Below are positions 32,466-40,511 of a DNA stretch of 56,610 bases, one piece after another. The stretch's first letter is position 1. Every line of letters begins with the position of its first letter. The stretch comes from a bacterium. GTDB taxonomy: Bacteria > Patescibacteriota > Minisyncoccia > UBA9983. The stretch is taken from contig JAADHB010000026.1 of the NCBI GenBank assembly GCA_013152035.1, forward strand, positions 1 through 56,610, given 5' to 3'. A model generated the notes under the pieces. The model was not told where the DNA came from. It was given only the letters and a program-made list of their open reading frames with translations, and searched no databases. The translations under genes and the position numbers were made by a program.

Positions 32466-33941
32466 TTATTTTAATTTTTTTTCAAGCGTTTCTCCCAGAA
32501 TTTTCGGGTTCACGCTCCCTCTTGTCTCCTTCATTCCCTGCCCGACCAAAAACTGGAGGAGAGCTTCTTTGCCGCTTTTATACCCCTCCGCCTCCGTGGG
32601 GTTTTCCACGATTATTTTGTCAGCGAGTTTCTCTATCGCCGCCGCGTCGCTTGTCTGCTTCAACCCCATCTCGTCAACGATGGACGAAGGGTCGCCGCCC
32701 TTTTCAACCATTATTTTTAAAACATCCTTGCCGGCTCTGGATCCTATCTCCCCGGTTTTTATCATAGCGATAAGCTTCGCGAAATTTTTCGGAGAGGCGG
32801 GGAGATTTTCAAACGCCGGACCGCCACCGGCATCTTTCATTATGCTCTGCAAATCAGTGGTAAGATAATTCGCCGCCAAAGAAATCAATTCTCCACTTGG
32901 ACACTTAGTGTCCAAGTGGGGCAGTTCGGCGGCGACCTCCTCAAAATAGTCCGCGAATTTTTTGTCGCGAATAAAAACTTCCGTTTGTTCGCCATTGAGC
33001 CCGTATTCTTTTTTGAACCGTTCCCGTTTCTGCTGGGGAAGTTCCGGGGTGGGCATATCGCCCAAATCCAGATTGGTTAAATTCAACGCGGGCAGATCGG
33101 GTTCCGGGAAATACCGGTAGTCATGCGATTCTTCTTTTTCCCGCTGTGAAAATGTTTCTTGTTTATCCTCATTCCATCCGCGCGTTTCCTGGATGATTTT
33201 TTCTCCCACGTCCAACGCTCTCGCCTGCCTTTCAATTTCATAATTTATCGCCCGCTCCACGGCGCGAAAAGAATTAAGGTTTTTAACCTCAACCTTGGTG
33301 CCAAGTTGACCCAACTTGGAGATTGAGTCTCCAAGTGAACTTGGAGACTCAATCTCCAAGTTGGCGGGCTTAATTGAAATATTCGCCTCCACGCGCATCT
33401 GCCCCTTTTCCATATTCGCGTCCGATACCCCGAGGCAGAGAAAAATCAGCCGCAATTCTTCCGCGAATTTTCTCGCCTCCTCCCCGCTCTTTATGTCCGG
33501 TTCCGTCACAAGCTCCATTAAAGGAAGTCCGGCGCGATTAAAATCAACCAAACTGCCGTCCTTGCCGTGGACGAGCTTGCCCGTGTCTTCCTCAAGATGA
33601 ACACGGGTTATCTTGACTCCGTTCAACTCTCCCCCGCTCACGAGCGGATACTTGTACTGAGATATTTGGTAACCCTTCGGCAGGTCGGGATAAAAATAAT
33701 TTTTTCTGTCAAAGCGCGATCGCTCCGCCAGCCGTCCGCCCAACGCCTTGCCGACCATCAGCACTTTTTTCACCGCCTCTTTATTGATAACGGGCAGAGT
33801 CCCCGGATGACCCATGCAGACCGGGCACACGTTCACATTCGGGCGTTTTTCGTCCGGATTATTTGGAGAGCCGCAAAACATTTTGGTTCGCGTATTCAAC
33901 TCCGCGTGAATCTCCAAGCCGATTGTAGTTTCGTATTTCAT
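32466..33941 (-). CDS. gatB: Asp/Glu-tRNA(Asn/Gln) amidotransferase subunit B
   Basis: 491 aa. MKYETTIGLEIHAELNT..., the KNLNSF motif and a YqeY-like tail. It contains two palindrome-derived insertions. Confidence 0.93.
   Translation of the reverse strand: MKYETTIGLEIHAELNTRTKMFCGSPNNPDEKRPNVNVCPVCMGHPGTLPVINKEAVKKVLMVGKALGGRLAERSRFDRKNYFYPDLPKGYQISQYKYPLVSGGELNGVKITRVHLEEDTGKLVHGKDGSLVDFNRAGLPLMELVTEPDIKSGEEARKFAEELRLIFLCLGVSDANMEKGQMRVEANISIKPANLEIESPSSLGDSISKLGQLGTKVEVKNLNSFRAVERAINYEIERQARALDVGEKIIQETRGWNEDKQETFSQREKEESHDYRYFPEPDLPALNLTNLDLGDMPTPELPQQKRERFKKEYGLNGEQTEVFIRDKKFADYFEEVAAELPHLDTKCPSGELISLAANYLTTDLQSIMKDAGGGPAFENLPASPKNFAKLIAMIKTGEIGSRAGKDVLKIMVEKGGDPSSIVDEMGLKQTSDAAAIEKLADKIIVENPTEAEGYKSGKEALLQFLVGQGMKETRGSVNPKILGETLEKKLK
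32893..32919. repeat. Family-1-like palindrome in frame inside gatB (tail domain)
   Basis: ccacttggacac-tta-gtgtccaagtgg (12-bp arms). It encodes PHLDTKCPSG. Confidence 0.85.
33311..33364. repeat. Double family-1 palindrome in frame inside gatB (catalytic body)
   Basis: ccaacttggagattgagtctccaagt-ga-acttggagactcaatctccaagttgg: 26-bp perfect arms, each holding the cttggaga..tctccaag hairpin. It encodes NLEIESPSSLGDSISKLG. Confidence 0.9.
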
Positions 33942-33951
33942 AATTTAAATT

Positions 33952-35016
33952 TTATTTCCCGGCGAGGTGAATCACCATTCCGATAACCGCCAAAACCGTA
34001 CTCATCACCCAAAAGCGCATCGTCACTTTATGCGCCGGCCATCCGCGCGCCTCAAAATGATGGTGAATCGGCGCCGCTAAAAAAACTTTTTTGCCGTTGC
34101 GGAATTTTTTGGAAAGAAGCTGGACGCTTGAAGACCCCGACGCCAAGAAAAGCGGAAAAGCGATAATCGGCAGAACCATCACGGCGTTCGTCAGAAAGGC
34201 GATGACCGTCAGAGCGGTCGTGAGCGCCAAAATTCCGGTTTCCCCCATATAAAAACGGGCGGGAGGGATGTTAAACCAAAGAAAAGCGAGAATGCTTCCG
34301 GCAAGAACCGCGCTGAACGCCGCCAAGTCAAACTGGTTCTGGAAAAAGGCGATGCCCGCGTAGGCGGAAAAAATGGCGGCGAATATCCCCCCCGAAAGCC
34401 CGTCTATTCCGTCTATCACTCCGCCCGAAAAAATCGCCAGCATCACAATCATAAAAACCGGAACGAAAAGAATCCCCAAATTCACCAGTCCGTAAAACGG
34501 TATGAAAAAAGTGGGATCAAGTTTCGTGAAGAACCACCACGCGCCGATCGCCCCGATAAGCAGGACGATTAAAATTCTCTCCGAAAGCCGCAACCCCCCG
34601 CTCACGTATTTTCCCCTGCCGTAAATCGTAAACAAATCGTCAACAAGCCCGACAATCGCTCCGGCGATTAAGGTGAATAAAGGAAGCCAGGTTTGCGAAC
34701 GGCTCAAAAAATCAAACTTGCGGGTGAAGTCGCTCGGAAAGGCGCGCGAAACAATCCAAAAAATTGAGATAATGATAAGGGCGCTTCCCCATATCAAAAT
34801 TCCGCCCATTCGCGGGACATTCGTTTCTTGTTTCTGGCTTTCAAGGTTTCTCACGACGGATGTTTCCCTTCCGTCAGTCGTCCGCTCCTTCGCCTTCCTC
34901 CTCCACATTTTATGCTTGTAAAGATAGTGCGTGAGAATCGGAGTGAGCGCCACGGCGAGAAAAAAAGAAAAGGCGGACAGCCCGAAAACTTTCAGTATGT
35001 TTAATTCCATTTCCAT
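33952..35016 (-). CDS. mraY: Phospho-N-acetylmuramoyl-pentapeptide transferase
   Basis: Start preferred at ATG 35016 (MEMELN...). Motifs VGLVDD, DGIDGL and PIHHHFE..GW...V..RFW. Confidence 0.88.
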   Translation of the reverse strand: MEMELNILKVFGLSAFSFFLAVALTPILTHYLYKHKMWRRKAKERTTDGRETSVVRNLESQKQETNVPRMGGILIWGSALIIISIFWIVSRAFPSDFTRKFDFLSRSQTWLPLFTLIAGAIVGLVDDLFTIYGRGKYVSGGLRLSERILIVLLIGAIGAWWFFTKLDPTFFIPFYGLVNLGILFVPVFMIVMLAIFSGGVIDGIDGLSGGIFAAIFSAYAGIAFFQNQFDLAAFSAVLAGSILAFLWFNIPPARFYMGETGILALTTALTVIAFLTNAVMVLPIIAFPLFLASGSSSVQLLSKKFRNGKKVFLAAPIHHHFEARGWPAHKVTMRFWVMSTVLAVIGMVIHLAGK

Positions 35017-35035
35017 ACCCGCAGGATACCACACT

Positions 35036-35974
35036 TTACTTATATTGAAAATATCTCAGCGTTTCTTCGTACAGCGTTTTTACATCGTTGAATCTCCCCT
35101 CTTCGGACGACCCCAACGCCGCGATGGCAACCGGATTTCCGAGTCCGACATCAACGATAATCGCCAAATTCCCTCCGGCGAGCGCGCTGAAACCCGTTTT
35201 CCCGGCGACAATCAAAGGAACTTCGTCAACAAGCTTGTTCGTGTTTTTGAAGCGGATGTTTCCGGCGTCAAAAAATTCTTTTCTCGTTACGCCGAAAATT
35301 GACGGGTATTTTTTGAACGCGAAAGCGAGCAAATTCGCGACATCCTCCGCGGAGCCGTAAGCCCCCGCGACCCCCTCGCTCTCGTCCAACCCCGTGGGAT
35401 TGAGAAAATATGTTTGGGAAAGATTAAGTTCGCGCGCCTTCCTGTTCATAAGCGCGACGAAGTCCGCCGCGGAGGCGGGATTTTCCGTCCGCCCCGCCAC
35501 CGAATTGAAGGCGGACGCGAAAGCGAAGGCGGCGTCGTTTGACGACGAAATCAGCATCGCCCGCGCGAGGTCTCCAATCTTCCACAATTCGCCGGCGGAA
35601 AGCCCAGAGTCGCCCTCCTGCATAATCGCCGCGAGCGGAATCTCCACCTTCATCCATTTCGGAAATTTTTCTTCCACCACCACCGCCGTCATTATTTTCG
35701 TCAAACTCGCCAGCGGAAGCTGAGAGGAAGGGTTCAGTTCAAAAATCGCCTTGCCGCTCGCGAGGTCAAAAACTATCGCGGACTTCGCCTCCAGGGAGAT
35801 GTTTTTGAACGGAGCGTCAAAAACCAGCGGAGATTTTTGCTCCGCCCGCGCCGCCGGCTTGCCTCCCTCGCCCCCCGAATTTGAAAAAGCGGAAAGCGAA
35901 AAAATAAAGCCGAAACTAAGCAGCAATATCAGAGTCGCCAACGATTTCTTTTTGTTGTTCGCCAAGATTTTCAT
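35036..35974 (-). CDS. D-alanyl-D-alanine carboxypeptidase (PBP5/6-like, S11)
   Basis: Start preferred at ATG 35974 (MKILANNKKKSLATLILLL). Motifs SLTK (SxxK), SSND (SxN) and KTGF (KTG). Confidence 0.8.
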   Translation of the reverse strand: MKILANNKKKSLATLILLLSFGFIFSLSAFSNSGGEGGKPAARAEQKSPLVFDAPFKNISLEAKSAIVFDLASGKAIFELNPSSQLPLASLTKIMTAVVVEEKFPKWMKVEIPLAAIMQEGDSGLSAGELWKIGDLARAMLISSSNDAAFAFASAFNSVAGRTENPASAADFVALMNRKARELNLSQTYFLNPTGLDESEGVAGAYGSAEDVANLLAFAFKKYPSIFGVTRKEFFDAGNIRFKNTNKLVDEVPLIVAGKTGFSALAGGNLAIIVDVGLGNPVAIAALGSSEEGRFNDVKTLYEETLRYFQYK

Positions 35975-36593
35975 TTTTATTTTTATCTTCTCCCGCGTTT
36001 TCGTCCAAACCCGCGTTTTCACCGCCGCCTTCACCGTCGTCCGCCCCCTTGCCCTCCTCAATAAATTCATTCATTTTCTTGTTGAAATCCCCGTACTCCG
36101 GAAGTTCGCTTATGTCCCCGACCCCCAAATACCTCAGCAGTTTAAAGGACGGCCTGTATAAAAAACTTCTGCTGTCGTTCGGATGGATGATTCGCTCAAC
36201 CAGCCCCCTTATCAAAAGATTCCTCAAAATAAAAGACGAATTGACCCCTCTTATGTAGTCAATCTCCGCGCGGCTGACCAATTCTTTATAAACAACTATT
36301 GAAAGTGTTTCAAGCCCCGCCCTTGTGAGCTTTGAATCGGTTTCCTCCTCAGCCAAGGCCCCGGCGGCTTCGGAATGTTCGGGAGAGCTCGCCAGCGACA
36401 CCATATTCCCCTTTCTGATAAGCGTCAGACCCCGGCCGGACAATTTCTCTTTGAGCAGGGAAACCGCCTCTTCAATTTTGCCTTCTCCGGTTTTGAAAAG
36501 TTTCGCCAAATCCCTTATCGCCATCGGTTCGCCCTTCACGAAAAGAACCGCCTCCACGCCCGCGTCCAAATTGTCGTCGTTTTCGTTTTCCAT
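35916..36593 (-). CDS. scpB: Segregation and condensation protein B with an acidic G/D/E/N-rich tail
   Basis: 225 aa. Winged-helix repeats (ETLSIVVYKELVSRAEIDYIRGV). Follows scpA. Confidence 0.85.
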   Translation of the reverse strand: MENENDDNLDAGVEAVLFVKGEPMAIRDLAKLFKTGEGKIEEAVSLLKEKLSGRGLTLIRKGNMVSLASSPEHSEAAGALAEEETDSKLTRAGLETLSIVVYKELVSRAEIDYIRGVNSSFILRNLLIRGLVERIIHPNDSRSFLYRPSFKLLRYLGVGDISELPEYGDFNKKMNEFIEEGKGADDGEGGGENAGLDENAGEDKNKNENLGEQQKEIVGDSDIAA

Positions 36594-36596
36594 AAT

Positions 36597-37334
36597 TTAT
36601 TCCCCGTTTTTGCGGATATTGATGCTGTCAAACAAATCCTCCTGCCTTACCATTATAAAGCCCTGTTTGACTAATTCAAGCATCGCGAGAAAACTTATGA
36701 TTATCTCAACCCTTTTATCGCCGCTTCCTATGTCGCCTCTTGACACCGAAAATTCGGAAAAGGAAACTTCAAGCGAGTCTTGGATGCGCCCGCTCAGCTC
36801 CATAATTTTATCCTCCAGACTGATTATTCTTTTCACTTCCGCTTCCGGAAGAGATTCCTTCTCGGGCAATTTTTTCAGCGCGGCGTCCAGGCAGGACCGC
36901 AGAGTTTCTTTCGTCACTCCTTCGGGTTCAATAAAATCTTTTTTCTCTTCCGGACTCGCAAACAAAACGCCCAGACCGCCTCTTTCAAAAAGCGGATTTT
37001 TTCCGAAAAGATTTTCCAGATGGACGGAGAGGTCGCGGATTCGCCGATAAATTTTCAATCTATCCTCAAGTTCCTCAATGCTCCGCTCCTCTTCTTCCGT
37101 CAACTCCATTGAAGGCATCAGGGAGCGGGATTTTATGACCATCAGCGTGGAAGCGATAACGACAAAACCGGCGGCCTCTTCCAGCGGGAAATTTCGCAGT
37201 CGCCTCAGATATTCAAGATACCGCTCGGCGATTCCGGCGAGAGAAACATCGTTAATGGAAACTTTGCGTTTTTCTATAAGCCCCAAAAGCAAATCCAACG
37301 GCCCCTCAAATTGCGCGGTTTTAACTTCGTACAT
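36597..37334 (-). CDS. scpA: Segregation and condensation protein A (kleisin)
   Basis: 245 aa. FEGPLDLLLGLIEKRKVSINDVSLA. Confidence 0.88.
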   Translation of the reverse strand: MYEVKTAQFEGPLDLLLGLIEKRKVSINDVSLAGIAERYLEYLRRLRNFPLEEAAGFVVIASTLMVIKSRSLMPSMELTEEEERSIEELEDRLKIYRRIRDLSVHLENLFGKNPLFERGGLGVLFASPEEKKDFIEPEGVTKETLRSCLDAALKKLPEKESLPEAEVKRIISLEDKIMELSGRIQDSLEVSFSEFSVSRGDIGSGDKRVEIIISFLAMLELVKQGFIMVRQEDLFDSINIRKNGE

Positions 37335-37366
37335 AATATTACCGTATCATTATAGCACACACCGCC

Positions 37367-37395
37367 CCCACTTGGAGTTTGAGTCTCCAAGTGGG
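37367..37395. repeat. Family-1 palindrome upstream of the scpA promoter, next to a TGTGGATAT box
   Basis: cccacttggag-tttgagt-ctccaagtggg. ATATCCACA lies at 37401-37409. The scpA -10 TGCTATAAT is at 37357..37349. Confidence 0.85.
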
Positions 37396-37459
37396 TTTAG
37401 ATATCCACAGCTTTGTATTTTTTGCTTGACTTCCCGTTATTGGCGTATATACTAAAAGT

Positions 37460-37512
37460 ATTATGGCTTCGGCCTCCGAGGACCCCGCGCTTGCGCGGGG
37501 TCCGATTTGTTT
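37460..37512 (+). ncRNA. Candidate ~50-nt sRNA convergent with the MazF-like gene
   Basis: TTGACT (37426-31), 16-nt spacer, TATACT (37448-53). A perfect hairpin ggaccccgcg-cttg-cgcggggtcc (37480-37503) is followed by GAUUUGUUU. No plus-strand gene is nearby. Confidence 0.3.
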
Positions 37513-37894
37513 ACAGCAACTGCAGCCACGCTTGCCTTAAAGAACTAAAAGATTTTTTGTTCAGCACATCAACTTTTCTCAGTAATCTTTTATTGCTTAC
37601 GAGTCTTACTTGTGTAAGCTTTGCCCAGATGGTTTTTTCTTCTGTTTGAATTTTATAATGAAATTTGTCATCTTTCTGCTTCGTGGTTAAAGGCAGAACA
37701 ACCATGGTTTCTTTATTGTAGACTTTCATAATTATTACGGGTCTTTCAAAATTTTCATTTTTCCCATCAATTTCAGCGCCGAGATTTAGACCAAGGGAAC
37801 ACCACCATATTTCTCTAGGGTGTATATATTTTTTTATATCAACTTCTTCAAGCTTCTTTTTTATTGAATTCCATTTGTCAAAATCTTTTTTCAT
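37511..37894 (-). CDS. PemK/MazF-family toxin-like protein (solo type with an N-terminal extension)
   Basis: 127 aa. REIWWCSLGLNLGAEIDGKNENFERPVIIM...VVLPLTT...AKLTQVRLVSNKRL matches the MazF/PemK fold pattern (compare E. coli MazF GDLIWVDFDP..G.EQAGHRPAVVLS). Confidence 0.65.
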   Translation of the reverse strand: MKKDFDKWNSIKKKLEEVDIKKYIHPREIWWCSLGLNLGAEIDGKNENFERPVIIMKVYNKETMVVLPLTTKQKDDKFHYKIQTEEKTIWAKLTQVRLVSNKRLLRKVDVLNKKSFSSLRQAWLQLL

Positions 37895-37900
37895 TGTCTT

Positions 37901-38218
37901 TTATCGTGCCACAATTTCCGTTTGCGGGATTATTTTTACGATTTTGTTCGGCGTTCGCGCGCCTTTTATGATTACGATTCTCTTTTTGGGGATGTTCAGC
38001 AGGTTCGCCAGCAATTCAATCGCCTCATCGTTCGCCCTCCCCTCGCGCCTTTTGGATTTTACGTAAACAAAAAACCGGCCGCCCTCCTTCCGCGCCTCCG
38101 CTTTTTTCGCCTCCGCGAACACCTTAACTTTTATAAGCGGAGCCTCGCCTTTGGCGGACAAAGCCTCGCTTCGAGCGGACCGCCTTTGCGCGTCTTTTGC
38201 CTCTTTTTTTCCCGCCAT
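37901..38218 (-). CDS. DUF167/YggU-family protein
   Basis: 105 aa. REGRANDEAIELLANLLNIPKKRIVIIKGARTPNKIVKI matches the YggU pattern. Confidence 0.65.
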   Translation of the reverse strand: MAGKKEAKDAQRRSARSEALSAKGEAPLIKVKVFAEAKKAEARKEGGRFFVYVKSKRREGRANDEAIELLANLLNIPKKRIVIIKGARTPNKIVKIIPQTEIVAR

Positions 38219-38229
38219 AAATTAGTTTT

Positions 38230-39066
38230 TTATTTCAATTTCTTCACTCTTTTCTTTTTTGGAAGATAATTCCTGCTTGTTGAAACTTTTTTGCCGGTTT
38301 TTCTTTCCAGATCTTTCCTCGCCTTGCCCGCTACGCTTCCGCCCTCTTTCGCGGCAATTTTATTCTTTTTCAGCCCTTGGGCGTTTTTATTTTTAGCGAT
38401 TTCCGTTGTTGAAGCCTCGCCCAACATCGTAAAGATTAGTTCCAAATCGTCCATATGGTCCCGCAAATTCTCCCTTTTCAATCCTTTCAGTTTTTGGTAT
38501 TCACTCGGCGTTATGCCAAAAGTCGCTTTTGATATTTCAGCCGTTAAAATCGCGTACTCCTGCCCCTCTTTCACCCCACGATTTTTCCATTCGTTTGTCA
38601 ATGTCGCGCGAACTTCAATGCCTCGCATTCTTTTTTCAATCCACGCGCCGGAATATCCCTTTGCCCTGTAAAGCGCCCTCGTTCTTTTTGTCGCCAGTTC
38701 CGGGTCCTCTATTTCTTTTACGCGCTCATAACCGACTTTTGCCAGCCAACGCTTGAAAGGTTCGGCTTTTGGCGAAGGGATTGATTGGATTATGCGAAAA
38801 ACACCTTCGGTGTTGGCGCAATCTGTCTCTCTCATTTTTCCATCAGGTGCCGGTAATTTCAACCCGTGACAAAATGTCACGACTTCACTTCCCTCATCCT
38901 TCAGTCTTTGTTTTAATTTTCTCCAATAAGCTCCTGCGTCAATACTGTCGGTTAAAGCGCCACAAACATCAATAACCGAAAACCACCATTCATTATTGTG
39001 AATAACTTTACGGACTTCTCTTTTTTGAAAAATCGCTATTTTTGTCGTTGTAATTTCTTTGTCCAT
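38230..39066 (-). CDS. Bro-N domain protein (DinD / phage antirepressor-like)
   Basis: 278 aa. N-terminal Bro-N motif (IHNNEWWFSVIDVCGAL...NTEGVFRIIQSI), a DinD-like middle region and a basic tail. Confidence 0.7.
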   Translation of the reverse strand: MDKEITTTKIAIFQKREVRKVIHNNEWWFSVIDVCGALTDSIDAGAYWRKLKQRLKDEGSEVVTFCHGLKLPAPDGKMRETDCANTEGVFRIIQSIPSPKAEPFKRWLAKVGYERVKEIEDPELATKRTRALYRAKGYSGAWIEKRMRGIEVRATLTNEWKNRGVKEGQEYAILTAEISKATFGITPSEYQKLKGLKRENLRDHMDDLELIFTMLGEASTTEIAKNKNAQGLKKNKIAAKEGGSVAGKARKDLERKTGKKVSTSRNYLPKKKRVKKLK

Positions 39067-39078
39067 ATTGTTGATTGC

Positions 39079-40500
39079 TTAATCCTTGTTCTTTTTAATC
39101 TCTATCCCGAGTTCGTCCAGTTGTTCCTGGCTGATTTCGCTCGGCGCGTCCATCATCAAGTCGCGGCTGTCGCCCGTTTTCGGAAAGGCGATTACCTCGC
39201 GGATGCTCGGTTCGTTTTTCAAAATTGCGACAATCCGGTCAAGCCCGAAAGCGATTCCGCCGTGAGGCGGAGCTCCGTATTCAAAAGCGGAAAGCATATG
39301 CCCGAAGTTCTTTCCAATTTCCTCGTCGCTGAAACCGAGAATTTCAAAAACTTTTTTCAGCGCCTCCGGTCTGTGGTTTCGGATACTCCCTCCGGCAATC
39401 TCAAATCCGTTCAGGACGAGATCGTATTGAGTGGCGATAATTTCGCCGACATTTTCTTTTTTCATCAACATTTCTTCATACTCCTTGGCGGGCGCGGAAA
39501 AAGGATTGTGCGTGAAAGTCCATCCTCCCTTGTCGTTCTTTTCAAAAAACGGAAAATCAACCACCCAGCAAAACGCCAACTCATTCGGGTCGTTTTTATC
39601 TTCCCTTAAATCCGGCCTGTCCGTCCCGTATTTTTCCATAACTTCTTTAAACGGCAATCTGGGGAACGGAATTTCTTTTATTTTTTTCTCCGGCATAAGT
39701 TCCTTGACCATGCCGATTATCAAGGCTTCGTTCAAATTCATAATGTCTTCCTTTTCCGTAAACGCCATTTCCATATCAAGCTGGGTAAATTCCGGCTGGC
39801 GATCGCTTCTGGTATCCTCATCGCGCATACACTTCGCGATTTGGAAATATTTTTCAAAACCGGAAGCCATTAGAAGTTGTTTGTATTGCTGGGGAGATTG
39901 CGGCAGAGCGTAAAATTTTCCCTTCTGAGTTCTGGACGGGACAACGAAATCGCGCGCCCCTTCCGGCGTTGATTTGGTCAAAATAGGAGTTTCTATTTCA
40001 ACAAAATCTTTATCGGTCAGATAATCTCTGATGAATTTCAACGCCCTGTATCTGTCGCGGATATTTTTCTGGAGCCGCTCGCGGCGCAGATCCAGGTATC
40101 TGTATTTAAGGCGGACTTCTTCGCCAACCTCGTATCCGTCCGTCCCTATTTCAAAAGGAGGAGTTTTCGCTTCGTTGAGAACCGAGATTTTTTTCACCAG
40201 AACTTCAAAGCCGCCGAGTTCGGAGTCCGCGTTCGCCATATTGTCCGGCCGCCTCTTCGCCTCCCCTTCAACCTCTATCACCCACTCCGGCCTGACGGTG
40301 TCGGCAATTTGATGCGCCTCCTTTTCGGAAGGCAAAACGACAAGCTGGACCTTGCCGGTCGCGTCCCTCAGGTCAATAAAAATCAGTTTGCCGTGGTCGC
40401 GCCTGACATCAACCCACCCTGAAATTTTCACGATCTCTTCCTTCTCCGCTGAAGCTTCGAAGGACAAGCCCTTAATCTCTCTTATTTGAATCCTTTTCAT
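39079..40500 (-). CDS. aspS: Aspartyl-tRNA synthetase, bacterial type but lacking the GAD insertion domain
   Basis: 473 aa. OB fold, FQIAKCMRDEDTRSDRQPEFTQLDMEM, and GTDRPDLRE joined directly to FCWVVDFPFFE. Confidence 0.9.
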   Translation of the reverse strand: MKRIQIREIKGLSFEASAEKEEIVKISGWVDVRRDHGKLIFIDLRDATGKVQLVVLPSEKEAHQIADTVRPEWVIEVEGEAKRRPDNMANADSELGGFEVLVKKISVLNEAKTPPFEIGTDGYEVGEEVRLKYRYLDLRRERLQKNIRDRYRALKFIRDYLTDKDFVEIETPILTKSTPEGARDFVVPSRTQKGKFYALPQSPQQYKQLLMASGFEKYFQIAKCMRDEDTRSDRQPEFTQLDMEMAFTEKEDIMNLNEALIIGMVKELMPEKKIKEIPFPRLPFKEVMEKYGTDRPDLREDKNDPNELAFCWVVDFPFFEKNDKGGWTFTHNPFSAPAKEYEEMLMKKENVGEIIATQYDLVLNGFEIAGGSIRNHRPEALKKVFEILGFSDEEIGKNFGHMLSAFEYGAPPHGGIAFGLDRIVAILKNEPSIREVIAFPKTGDSRDLMMDAPSEISQEQLDELGIEIKKNKD

Positions 40501-40511
40501 ATTTTTTAAAT

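Noticed and set aside
37464-37544. 26-aa plus-strand ORF (MASASEDPALARGPICLQQLQPRLP) inside the sRNA candidate
   Set aside because: It has no SD, it runs through the terminator hairpin into the antisense of the MazF-like gene, and its composition is dictated by the GC hairpin. It is more likely non-coding.
37511-39066. Prophage or integrative element, suggested by the Bro-N protein and the toxin
   Set aside because: There is no integrase, no structural or replication genes, no flanking direct repeats or adjacent tRNA, and the stretch is only 1.5 kb. I treat it as a small accessory islet instead.
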